A stretch of DNA of 64,000 nt, taken from the sequence record MT446405.1. One strand, 5' to 3'. Below, one piece after another: positions 19,091 through 27,311 of this stretch; within the stretch, counting starts at the first letter, position 1; every line of letters begins with the position of its first letter. The notes beneath the pieces were generated by a model, which was given only the letters and a program-made list of their open reading frames with translations, had not been told where the DNA came from and ran no database searches. The position numbers and the translations under genes are program-made. Source of the stretch: Escherichia virus TH32.

Positions 19091-19393
19091 TTATTTTGCG
19101 ATAAAATATTTATAAGCTTTATCGCCTTCTACGTCGATATACTCGACGATAATTAATGCTTCGCCGCGAGGCGTAACCGTCTCGATAAGGGTAACGGCTT
19201 CGTCGTCGGTCTTCGCGAAGCGGATGGCGCTACGTTCGGCGTATTTAATTTCGTCGAAGGAAAGGCCGACGAAGGCGACGGCGCGCGCTTTAATAATGCT
19301 CGTTTCGAGTTCCGCGTTAACGGCAGCGATAAGAGAGCGAACGGTTAAGCGGTCTTCGTCGTAAGTAAGGATGGAAGAGATTAAAGTAGTCAT
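19091..19393 (-). CDS. small protein, distant member of the same family
   Basis: Start at Met 19393 with GGGAGC RBS. Confidence 0.5.
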   Translation of the reverse strand: MTTLISSILTYDEDRLTVRSLIAAVNAELETSIIKARAVAFVGLSFDEIKYAERSAIRFAKTDDEAVTLIETVTPRGEALIIVEYIDVEGDKAYKYFIAK

Positions 19394-19449
19394 AATAAAG
19401 CTCCCGATGCTAGTAGAAGGAAGGGCCATCGCCCGTCTCGATATAAACA

Positions 19450-19477
19450 AGTATACGCGAGTGTACGAAGAAGTAAA
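19450..19477 (-). promoter_or_regulatory. sigma70-like promoter
   Basis: Minus strand TTTACT-N16-TATACT. Confidence 0.5.
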
Positions 19478-19520
19478 GAAAAAGATAAAATAATTTATCG
19501 CATTTTTATCGAAAAAGTGC

Positions 19521-19549
19521 TTTACTTTTTTCTACACTATATTATAATG
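19521..19549 (+). promoter_or_regulatory. sigma70-like promoter (divergent partner)
   Basis: TTTACT-N17-TATAAT. Confidence 0.5.
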
Positions 19550-19616
19550 TACTCATATCGGGACGGGATGAGTTAACGAATAGGTCGTTAACGCCTCTCC
19601 CAACTAGGAGTTTAAA

Positions 19617-19901
19617 ATGGCTATTCTTAACGTTTCTTCTATCCGTAACGCCATCGTCGAGAACTACGGCGTAAAACAAAAATTATCCGAAGTCTACGCC
19701 GCGAACGTAGACCAAACTATCGAAGAGGGTGGGGTAACGGTCGCCGAGGCTTTTAAACTTTACGCGGCGTTACCGGAATCGGACCGCGAAGCCTTCGAAG
19801 TAAACGTTAACGGATACTTCTTCGAAGCGGTCGAAATCGGTAATATTTTACTCGTTATGGGCGAAGAAGAATTTGAGACCTTCTCCCTCGTCGAAGCGTA
19901 A
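19617..19901 (+). CDS. small acidic protein, paralog family A/C
   Basis: 94 aa, TAGGAG RBS; shares motifs with 18692..18982. Confidence 0.6.
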   Translation: MAILNVSSIRNAIVENYGVKQKLSEVYAANVDQTIEEGGVTVAEAFKLYAALPESDREAFEVNVNGYFFEAVEIGNILLVMGEEEFETFSLVEA

Positions 19902-19981
19902 GAGAGGATTTTTAGAGCGTCGTGCGCGGCGCTTTAATAAAATTCTTTCGCGCCTAGCGCCCTAACAAATAGGAGTTTATT

Positions 19982-20608
19982 ATGGTTAGCTTAAATCGCT
20001 TTTCTACTAGCGGCGACGTTATCGCAACTAAGACCGCCGACCTCGTTGCATTTTACAATGCAAATTCCGGTTCGAAGCCGATTAAAAAGTTCGCTGACCG
20101 CCGGACCGCCGAGACTCGCGTAATCGCGCTAATCGAGTCCTTAAACGCGCTCGATGAGCCGTCCAACGAATCGCCCATCCCAGACGCGAAGCCGCGCGAG
20201 GAAGTGTCCAGCGATGTAAAAACGCACAAGGCGCGTGCGGTCGTTAAAAAGGCCGAGCCGACCCAGGAAGAACTCGACGCGATGAGCGATGAAGAGTATG
20301 AAGCCTTCGTTAAGAGCGGCTTAAACGATAGTGCAAATTGCGTAGTGCAAAATGGAACTCCTTCCCATCGCCGTTCGAATAGCGAAGGTATTGCAAAAAG
20401 TTGGGATAATAAGGAAGTGGCGCAAAAGCGTCTTACCCGTAACGGCGTTATGGTCGAGGGTGTAGGCGAGTTCAAATCGGTCCGCGTAGCATTCGCCGCG
20501 CTGGGCTTACCGGATAGCAAACACATTCGCTTCCGTATGAAGCTTAAGGAAGCTGGGCGCTTGAACTTCGAGTTCGGCAACAAGTCCTACACATTCCAGA
20601 TTATCTAA
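19982..20608 (+). CDS. hypothetical protein
   Basis: 208 aa, TAGGAG RBS; CpG-rich coding; contains two copies of the ATAGTGCAAAT motif in frame. Confidence 0.5.
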   Translation: MVSLNRFSTSGDVIATKTADLVAFYNANSGSKPIKKFADRRTAETRVIALIESLNALDEPSNESPIPDAKPREEVSSDVKTHKARAVVKKAEPTQEELDAMSDEEYEAFVKSGLNDSANCVVQNGTPSHRRSNSEGIAKSWDNKEVAQKRLTRNGVMVEGVGEFKSVRVAFAALGLPDSKHIRFRMKLKEAGRLNFEFGNKSYTFQII

Positions 20609-20615
20609 TCGAATG

Positions 20616-20640
20616 GCGGCCCTTCGGGGTCGCTTTTCAT
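20616..20640 (+). terminator. rho-independent terminator
   Basis: GCGGCCC-ttcg-GGGTCGC followed by TTTTCAT. Confidence 0.55.
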
Positions 20641-20983
20641 AGTGCAAATTGGTGGCTTATGAATACGCTTATTCTCATCGCTACGTTGTCCATCGGAAGT
20701 GGTCGCACCTTATCCCTTTACGACCATAGTGCAAATTGCGCTTACCCTACGCGCGTTGCGGCAATAGTTAATAGTGCAAATCGAATGCTATTCGAAACTT
20801 GTTGGCGGGTCGATAACGAGAAAGGGCGCATCGTCTTAGGTTATAGTGCGAATCTGCTGGTGGAGTCGTTCGATTGGACGGTTGAAGGTCGTAAATTGTT
20901 ACGTAAGGTGACTAAAAGATGACTTATAATAATACACTTTCTAACGCGTTTATGGTTGTAACCTTCCCCGTCGTATTACCGAT

Positions 20984-21023
20984 GGCCCTAGAAGTGGAGA
21001 AAATGTGTTCTAGGGCCGTTTTA
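20984..21023 (+). terminator. long hairpin, terminator-like
   Basis: 10 bp inverted repeat GGCCCTAGAA / TTCTAGGGCC with 14 nt loop followed by GTTTTA. Confidence 0.35.
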
Positions 21024-21036
21024 TAGTGCAAATTGG

Positions 21037-21509
21037 CTAGTGGCGGGAGAATTGCTCGCCTTCTTTGGCCGCCTCTCCGAAATCCTTGTAGAAATCGTCC
21101 ATGGAACGGCCCATTTTACTATTGCCGTTTTCATCAATCATCGTGATGCCGTAGATGATATTCAGTTCACGAATAGCATTAAGTTTGGCTGACGCCGCGA
21201 CTTCTGGATCACGCACAAGCTTGACCAAATTGTGAATTGCACCTTTTACGCTCCACAAATCCTTGAGTGGCATCTCTTCCATACGCTTTTTGAAGCGCAT
21301 TTTGTAGTATGGGTTGCGTTGCGCGCAAAGGATTCGCTGGCCAGTGTAGCTATCCGTTGCAACTTCCATTCCAAATACTAGTGCAAAAGCTGCGCGCATG
21401 TCATGGCCCTGAATAACAAGGTCAATGAACTCATCGAATAAAGCCTGATTGTGCTCTGCAAATCGCGGGTCTTCAAAGTCTTCAGGCATCGCTACATAAT
21501 CTTGACTCA
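21037..21509 (-). CDS. hypothetical protein
   Basis: Start at Met (MSQDY...) whose ATG lies inside an ATTTGCACTATG motif copy. Confidence 0.45.
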
Positions 21510-21738
21510 TAGTGCAAAATCCCATAGTGCAAATTAATAGTGTGAATTATACAATGGATGGACATTATATTCAAGTGCAGATTGATGTTCATTATGGCTA
21601 TAAACGTACACAAATCACAGTGCTGAATGGATAACGGACCGTGGTGCGTGGTGTACTGTTTGATACGTATAAAAGAAATCCATCCCTTTTGCCGCTTGTT
21701 ATGCAAATCAATGACTTAGCCGCTGCTGGCTGGTCGAA

Positions 21739-22011
21739 GCGTATCATGACGTATCATCCGTATTGCCGCAAGTCTTTGTTTTTACTTATATCTTACGGAT
21801 AATACGTTAAATATATAAATTAACATAAGTATGAGGATGTAGAAAAAAATTAATTTAAATGATTTTAAAATGGAGTTAATTAATTTTTCAAATTATATAT
21901 ATAACGATGCCCAGTTTTATCCGTATCATCCGTAAGATTAATGTACAAGCCAGGCGCGGCAAGGGCTGTACACTGATACGGATAAAAAACCATGACGTAT
22001 CATGACGTAAG
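21739..22011. repeat. iteron cluster flanking AT-rich core (copy 2)
   Basis: Same (C)GTATCATCCGTA-type repeats and AT-rich core (21800-21905) as at 5559-5830. Confidence 0.7.
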
Positions 22012-22270
22012 GGTGTACCAATTTGGAAAGGATGAATCCAGGAACGGCGCGGCCTGTAGCCATGATACGCTTAATTTTTAACCGTATTTTAGGCGTATCA
22101 AATGTGTTCAAACACCAAGTTTCACGACACTAAAATTTCAATCCATAGACAATTCCTAACAAACACCACGGACTAATAGATACGCCCTATAAAATATATT
22201 TCTAAATATTTCCGCACAATCAATAAATAAAACACAACCTCATAATCATTCCATCGCAAAACACGACCCA

Positions 22271-22298
22271 AACAACAAAAGGCCGCATAAAGCGACCC
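22271..22298 (-). terminator. rho-independent terminator (minus strand)
   Basis: Minus-strand GGGUCGC-uuuau-GCGGCC followed by UUUUGUUGUUU. Confidence 0.45.
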
Positions 22299-22348
22299 AT
22301 TGCACACATTCCATTCTTCAAAACACGTAAACAGTGTTCGTTTATTCA

Positions 22349-22885
22349 CTATATCTTAGGCATTAATCCCTTTTCAGTTCTCCTTTTTATTTCTTCTTTT
22401 ATCATTTTATTGGTGACTTTATAGCCAATCCTCTCCAATTCCAGCAGCACTTCGTTTTGGTATTTTTTTATCTTCACAATATCGACTGTATCCCTCCAAT
22501 AAGAAAATACCTTCTGAATTACTGCTTCATCCATTTTATATCTTGCTGTCGTCCTGTATTTCGATTTGAAGATATAATTGATTGCATCAGTCTTTAACCA
22601 TTCGCTTCTCAACTCAGGGTGATCATCCCAAAGAGCTATGGCAAACTCTTGCGGGCTTTTACATCTTTTTCTAAGCTCCTTTATGTAATCAGTTATGCTG
22701 GTTTTGTCACAAAAACGTTTGCGGCAAACTTTGCATTCTTCCTTGAGTAACCATTCAGCCTTATTACTTTGCGACGCTGATTCATTATCCCTTCTGTACC
22801 TGCCGCATATACTTATTCCTTCATTATCCAAGAAGTAATGCAAGTCTTTAGAATACTTAGCTTTACGCCAAAAGCCGCCCATCAA
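22349..22885 (-). CDS. Cys-rich hypothetical protein (zinc-finger-like)
   Basis: 178 aa with CGRY...CKVCRKRFC cysteine cluster. Confidence 0.4.
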   Translation of the reverse strand: MMGGFWRKAKYSKDLHYFLDNEGISICGRYRRDNESASQSNKAEWLLKEECKVCRKRFCDKTSITDYIKELRKRCKSPQEFAIALWDDHPELRSEWLKTDAINYIFKSKYRTTARYKMDEAVIQKVFSYWRDTVDIVKIKKYQNEVLLELERIGYKVTNKMIKEEIKRRTEKGLMPKI

Positions 22886-23292
22886 CCCTCCTTAACGACC
22901 CGATAAGCAATAATCTTTGCACCAGTCGGGCTTGTGACTTTATCCCATGTCAAACTATCCGAAGGAACGGCCTCTTTTGATTTATAACCGTTGAGTAATT
23001 CAAACTCAACCATCTTCCCAGGCACCGGATTCGCGCCACCAAACCACACGGTCCACGCTTCCTCCTTCGGCGAATCCTTGCTACGGTTTATTGTTTCGCT
23101 GAAAAGTTTAACAACATCTTCAGCGGCTTTGATGCGCTCGCGGTATTGCTCAAGCTCTTCTGTTAATGACTCATTAAGTTTAAGCAGCGCGGCATAGTCC
23201 TCATATTCAACGTAGCCGCCTTCATCATCCTTTACAACTTCGCAAGTGCAAGCGTGCTGTGTGCAATAATCAACATCGTAACGTTGTATCAT
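22882..23292 (-). CDS. hypothetical protein with C-terminal domain shared with 24174..24683
   Basis: C-terminal NPVPGKMVEFELLNGY...SLTWDKV...IIAYRVV; start set to Met abutting upstream stop. Confidence 0.45.
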   Translation of the reverse strand: MIQRYDVDYCTQHACTCEVVKDDEGGYVEYEDYAALLKLNESLTEELEQYRERIKAAEDVVKLFSETINRSKDSPKEEAWTVWFGGANPVPGKMVEFELLNGYKSKEAVPSDSLTWDKVTSPTGAKIIAYRVVKEG

Positions 23293-23618
23293 AAATAGTC
23301 TGCCTTCTTCGTTTCTTTTATGCATTTGATCACTTGGCTTAAATTGACATCTACCGAAATATCGCTATACGTCATCTCTTCAATGTGTTGCTGTTCACAT
23401 CTGATCGGGTTGTGCATTGAGCTAATCTCGTAGACGTTTATTTCGCCGACAACGGGTAATAAATATTTTCTTACCAAGCTGATCAATACGTCGTGAGTAT
23501 CCTTGCCTTCTATTTCTGCTTTAAGATTATTCTCTTCACAAAAGTTCGCAATGATGTCACCGTCCATGAATCCGAATTTGCTGGCTAAATCTCTAGCTCT
23601 TAGTTTAATTGTTTTCAT
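23289..23618 (-). CDS. hypothetical protein
   Basis: 109 aa, coupled overlaps. Confidence 0.4.
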   Translation of the reverse strand: MKTIKLRARDLASKFGFMDGDIIANFCEENNLKAEIEGKDTHDVLISLVRKYLLPVVGEINVYEISSMHNPIRCEQQHIEEMTYSDISVDVNLSQVIKCIKETKKADYL

Positions 23619-23836
23619 TTCAATTTCTCCAAAATGCGAATAGCCGTTTCCGTTTGCTTCTCAAGAGCAAGAAGCAGGATGTTGATTTGCATATCACGGT
23701 AGGCCAATTCTGCGGCGATGTCGGACTTGCTGTGAAGCCCTTCATGAGTCATGGCATGGATGTGGCGCGTATAATAGCCGCCCTCGTCGAGTTGCTCGAT
23801 GTCACGTTGTCCGACTGCGTAGTATTTATTATTCAT
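23615..23836 (-). CDS. hypothetical protein
   Basis: 73 aa, coupled overlaps. Confidence 0.35.
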   Translation of the reverse strand: MNNKYYAVGQRDIEQLDEGGYYTRHIHAMTHEGLHSKSDIAAELAYRDMQINILLLALEKQTETAIRILEKLK

Positions 23837-24174
23837 TTAACCTTCTCCAGATTGAATCTTGTTTCAGGAAAGCCCGCAACAAACATGTCACGGCCCTCGA
23901 CATCACGCTTCACAAACCAACGCATTCCGCTGACTACCGTGAAGACAATTTGCCTTCCATCAATAATAAGTCCTTTTGCCTCATAAAGCAAATAGGTCTG
24001 ACCGACCTTGAAGCTTAACATATCCTTGCTTGCGCTGGTGCACTTGAGCCGCCACTTGGTGAGATTGGATTCGCTCGCCTCAATGTCAACAACCTTACCG
24101 CGCAGCGGCGATGTGCGCTGAATCTCTTTCATTTGCTCGTCGAACGTTAGCTCACGGCCTTCTTGCTCTTCCAT
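23833..24174 (-). CDS. hypothetical protein
   Basis: 113 aa; FKVGQTYLLYEA motif resembles FKIGETYELFHG in 25095..25400. Confidence 0.4.
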   Translation of the reverse strand: MEEQEGRELTFDEQMKEIQRTSPLRGKVVDIEASESNLTKWRLKCTSASKDMLSFKVGQTYLLYEAKGLIIDGRQIVFTVVSGMRWFVKRDVEGRDMFVAGFPETRFNLEKVK

Positions 24175-24683
24175 TATTCCTCCACGACGCGATAAGCAAT
24201 GATGTCTTCGCCAAAAGGTCTACCGACAATTTCCCATGTCATACTATCCGAAATTTTAGGCTTTCTTGATTCATAACCGTCTCGAAGCTTATACATAACT
24301 TTCTTACCTGGTACTGGATTCGAGTCGCTGCCGTCCCAATCAATCCAGCCGTCAGCAGTCTTTTGCTTATCCTTCAAATGCTCATGCTTCTCACCGATGT
24401 GGGCAATTGGCTGGTTGCTTTTGTAAAAGAATCCAAGCGCAACATCGTAGCACGGGTGGCTATGGGAAAGGCAAATGTCATCACACCAAAGCTCCATGGT
24501 GCGCGACTTAAGCGTCATGATGTTAGTATACCACTCGATGGTGTAGTGGTCGTTAAGGTTGCCAACGATATAGAAGTTGCGACAAAAGTGCGCGGCGTCA
24601 TCCGACTTCTCGCGATGCCAGCTTTTGATTGCGCCTGCCTTTACAGCCATTTCCAATACTGCTTCGAGTTGTTCGATTTTCAT
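24174..24683 (-). CDS. hypothetical protein with C-terminal domain shared with 22882..23292
   Basis: C-terminal NPVPGKKVMYKLRDGY...SMTWEIV...IIAYRVV. Confidence 0.45.
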   Translation of the reverse strand: MKIEQLEAVLEMAVKAGAIKSWHREKSDDAAHFCRNFYIVGNLNDHYTIEWYTNIMTLKSRTMELWCDDICLSHSHPCYDVALGFFYKSNQPIAHIGEKHEHLKDKQKTADGWIDWDGSDSNPVPGKKVMYKLRDGYESRKPKISDSMTWEIVGRPFGEDIIAYRVVEE

Positions 24684-24931
24684 TTCTTTACTCCGAGTTC
24701 AATTTGATAGCCGATTGACAATTCATTTTCGCCGATGTTGAATGCATCGACGGGTTGCGACATCACAGCCTTTAAATATACCTTCTTGCGTCGCTTCGCC
24801 TTGTACAAGCAACGGTCGCCGCTGCGGTTGTAGATGTTAAGCCAGGTGCGTTTACTAATCTTATAAGGCACATGCGGCTTGATGAATAACAAACGGGCTT
24901 TAAGATTGGATGTCATGGTTGTCTTCTCCAA
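24680..24931 (-). CDS. hypothetical basic protein
   Basis: 83 aa. Confidence 0.35.
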   Translation of the reverse strand: MEKTTMTSNLKARLLFIKPHVPYKISKRTWLNIYNRSGDRCLYKAKRRKKVYLKAVMSQPVDAFNIGENELSIGYQIELGVKK

Positions 24932-25098
24932 ACTGCGTGCAATGTTTTCTGGTCAAACTTGGAAAGCGTTTCACGCTCCGAAGCCTTAAGGAATCGCGTG
25001 CCAAAGAACAACATGCCTTGCGGCGTTTTAACTAGCGACACGCCTTTGTTTCGGTAAAAGCTTACCAGTACTGATGCGTTATGGACTTCGGTGCTCAT
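24913..25098 (-). CDS. hypothetical protein
   Basis: 61 aa. Confidence 0.3.
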   Translation of the reverse strand: MSTEVHNASVLVSFYRNKGVSLVKTPQGMLFFGTRFLKASERETLSKFDQKTLHAVWRRQP

Positions 25099-25400
25099 AA
25101 CTCACCCTCTTTAAATATGAAGCCGCTGATTATGGATTGGTAGTAAGTTACGCCTTGCAACTCTACCGCCTTGCAGCGATGAGCTTGGCCCTTGTATTCT
25201 ATCCACCAAACCTCCAGGTCAGGCAAATTGTCGCGACGTGTCAGCCATCCATGAAACAACTCGTATGTCTCACCGATTTTGAACGGCTTAAACACGCCGT
25301 TATAAGATTCATTCAACGCTACGCAGACGACATCATGGCTGTCCATCCAAACGCAGTCATGAAATAATCCGCTTCTGCCAAACCTTTCGTCGTAACTCAT
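25095..25400 (-). CDS. hypothetical protein
   Basis: Start at Met 25400 with AAGGAG RBS 9 nt upstream. Confidence 0.45.
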   Translation of the reverse strand: MSYDERFGRSGLFHDCVWMDSHDVVCVALNESYNGVFKPFKIGETYELFHGWLTRRDNLPDLEVWWIEYKGQAHRCKAVELQGVTYYQSIISGFIFKEGEL

Positions 25401-25478
25401 AATCAATTCTCCTTTGCTTGATGAATTAAGTATAATACAGACAGATAAAAAGGCAAGCACTTAGCTCACCTTTTTGAA

Positions 25479-25739
25479 TTAAATGTGATCGGCTTCTTCG
25501 TGTAGACCGACTGACCTTAACTTACGCCGCAAGTAAGCTTTCTTTTCGCACTCGCGCCCGGCTGGAGTGATGCGGTACTTTAATGTGTTCTCTCTATTCT
25601 TGCGTCGGTTGTTCTCGTCGAGTAGCTCTACCAGTGCCTTTGCGTCGTCGAGTGTTAACACCACGGGCCGCGACCCATTAACGGCCTGTCGAAGCTTCCG
25701 CGCGGCAAGGGCCAGTGGCGTCATCGGACCCTTATTCAA
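25479..25739 (-). CDS. hypothetical basic protein
   Basis: 86 aa. Confidence 0.35.
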   Translation of the reverse strand: MNKGPMTPLALAARKLRQAVNGSRPVVLTLDDAKALVELLDENNRRKNRENTLKYRITPAGRECEKKAYLRRKLRSVGLHEEADHI

Positions 25740-26128
25740 GCCAGCTCCTTATTCATCGGCGTGATAGACAACACCTTCACTTCAGTGATGTCACGGTTGT
25801 ATTCGCGCTTGATTTGTAGAATCTGAGATTGAATGCGCGCAATAAAGTGAGGCGTGATTCCTTCCTTAACGTTAATCCAGGCCGCAAGCTGAATTGAGTC
25901 GATGTCGCTTCTCATGCCTGTTGGGCGGTTAATGGTACTTGGTGCGCCGTTCGCGCCGTAAGCCAGTTGGAAATCATAAGCCGAATACTTGAACGCAACC
26001 AGAAACATGCGCTCTTCAAGTTGGCTTTCGCTTCTTGGATTCTTATCGCAACCAGACATGTGCTGCACAAACTCTTCATGAGGAAGGTGCATGACGTCGT
26101 GGCAATAAGGGCAACGTTTCATTCTCAT
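25736..26128 (-). CDS. hypothetical protein with zinc-ribbon-like CPYC...C motif
   Basis: Start moved to MRMKRCPYCHD Met abutting upstream stop. Confidence 0.4.
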   Translation of the reverse strand: MRMKRCPYCHDVMHLPHEEFVQHMSGCDKNPRSESQLEERMFLVAFKYSAYDFQLAYGANGAPSTINRPTGMRSDIDSIQLAAWINVKEGITPHFIARIQSQILQIKREYNRDITEVKVLSITPMNKELA

Positions 26129-26361
26129 TTTGCATACTCCATAGCATATTGCTGCAACTTGAATGCAGCCTTTTGTAATTGTTTGCGACGCTCGTTCAAC
26201 ACTTCCCATTCTTCTTTAGGGCAAGCTCGAGAGTCGGCCTTGTTTGTAATCTTGATTAATGATGAATATGTTTGTTGAAAACGAGACACCATGCGCAACT
26301 CATTGCGCTTATTGAATGACAACTTGCCCAGCGCGGCATTCATAATTGCACCTCGACACAC
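26125..26361 (-). CDS. hypothetical protein
   Basis: 78 aa. Confidence 0.35.
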   Translation of the reverse strand: MCRGAIMNAALGKLSFNKRNELRMVSRFQQTYSSLIKITNKADSRACPKEEWEVLNERRKQLQKAAFKLQQYAMEYAK

Positions 26362-26657
26362 GATTCACTAGCCTCGAAGCTCCAGCCATCCAGACCGACT
26401 TCGCCGCAACAGCGCACCTTTGCCCATCCAGTCATGAGCCATTCGCGGTGCATCTCGAAATACGTTGGCCTTTCTGAATAACAATGAACAAGGCCGTTAT
26501 TGTCAATGGCAACGTAACGCGTCCAAGGCGCAACTGGTACAACTACGTCGGGGTGGCCATCTGGCCAAGGCTTGATGTGTACAGCTGTGTTCAAGTCTAC
26601 GTTTAACACGCTTCCTAACCGCTCGTCTTGTTCCTTGTCGATGCCTAAGTAAATCAT
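26340..26657 (-). CDS. hypothetical protein
   Basis: 105 aa. Confidence 0.35.
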   Translation of the reverse strand: MIYLGIDKEQDERLGSVLNVDLNTAVHIKPWPDGHPDVVVPVAPWTRYVAIDNNGLVHCYSERPTYFEMHREWLMTGWAKVRCCGEVGLDGWSFEASESCVEVQL

Positions 26658-26742
26658 AATTCACCTCACTTGTTCGTCTTGATGAAAAGAGTATAAGTAT
26701 TGATAAAAGAAAAGGCAAGCATTTAGCTCACCTTTTTGATAT

Positions 26743-27075
26743 TCATTTTACATAGTGGAGTAGGTCAATCTCTATCTCGTGCCTTGTCCTTGTTATCTTT
26801 GTATCACCCGTCCGGTGGGAGAATTGATAGAAGAAAGAGTCTTTGTGAGCACCTCGTTCAAACGTCATGCTGGCAATTCTGCACCCGCATATTGCATCAA
26901 GCTTTGCTCCGTTAGACAAAAGGTTGAATGTCAATACAGTGTTATCCATCCTTGCGTTTTGTTTGATGCAAGACTTTAAGAATGCATAAGAGTCAGCAAA
27001 TAATGCGTGCCTTTTACAAATCTCTTTCACCTTCTCACGCTCATGCGCGGCGAGTATCTGATCACGGGTCATCAC
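26743..27075 (-). CDS. hypothetical protein
   Basis: 110 aa. Confidence 0.35.
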   Translation of the reverse strand: MMTRDQILAAHEREKVKEICKRHALFADSYAFLKSCIKQNARMDNTVLTFNLLSNGAKLDAICGCRIASMTFERGAHKDSFFYQFSHRTGDTKITRTRHEIEIDLLHYVK

Positions 27076-27311
27076 TGTACCTCTGTTATTCCGGTAATTC
27101 GAACGATGACTGTGTCATCCAAATTGAACTGCTGCCGCGCGACGCGTTTTATGTCGTCCTTAAGGTCCGCAATCAACTCCCTTGTTAACACTGTACGCTC
27201 TGAAACGTCATATTGAACGTCAAAGGTATACTCACCATAAAATACTGCGCCATTGGGGAGTTGCACGACATAGAATGCCATATACATAGCATTTATATAA
27301 TCTTCCATTAT
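27072..27311 (-). CDS. hypothetical protein
   Basis: Start moved to internal Met abutting stop of 27308..27655. Confidence 0.35.
   Translation of the reverse strand: MMEDYINAMYMAFYVVQLPNGAVFYGEYTFDVQYDVSERTVLTRELIADLKDDIKRVARQQFNLDDTVIVRITGITEVQ

Larger units (their letters stand above)
20327..21551. repeat. dispersed array of ATAGTGCAAAT motifs (about 10 copies, same orientation)
   Basis: Copies near 20329, 20344, 20640, 20728, 20772, 20844, 21023, 21510, 21526 and a variant at 21539. Confidence 0.65.

Noticed and set aside
20659-20922. ORF 20659..20922 (87 aa) with thrice-repeated 'SAN' tripeptide
   Set aside because: The repeats derive from the DNA motif ATAGTGCAAAT recurring in frame; weak RBS; probably a chance ORF across a regulatory repeat region, although translation cannot be excluded.
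21037-21509. Possible small terminase subunit
   Set aside because: Some resemblance of style (small alpha-helical protein) but no identifiable motif and not adjacent to terL; left as hypothetical.
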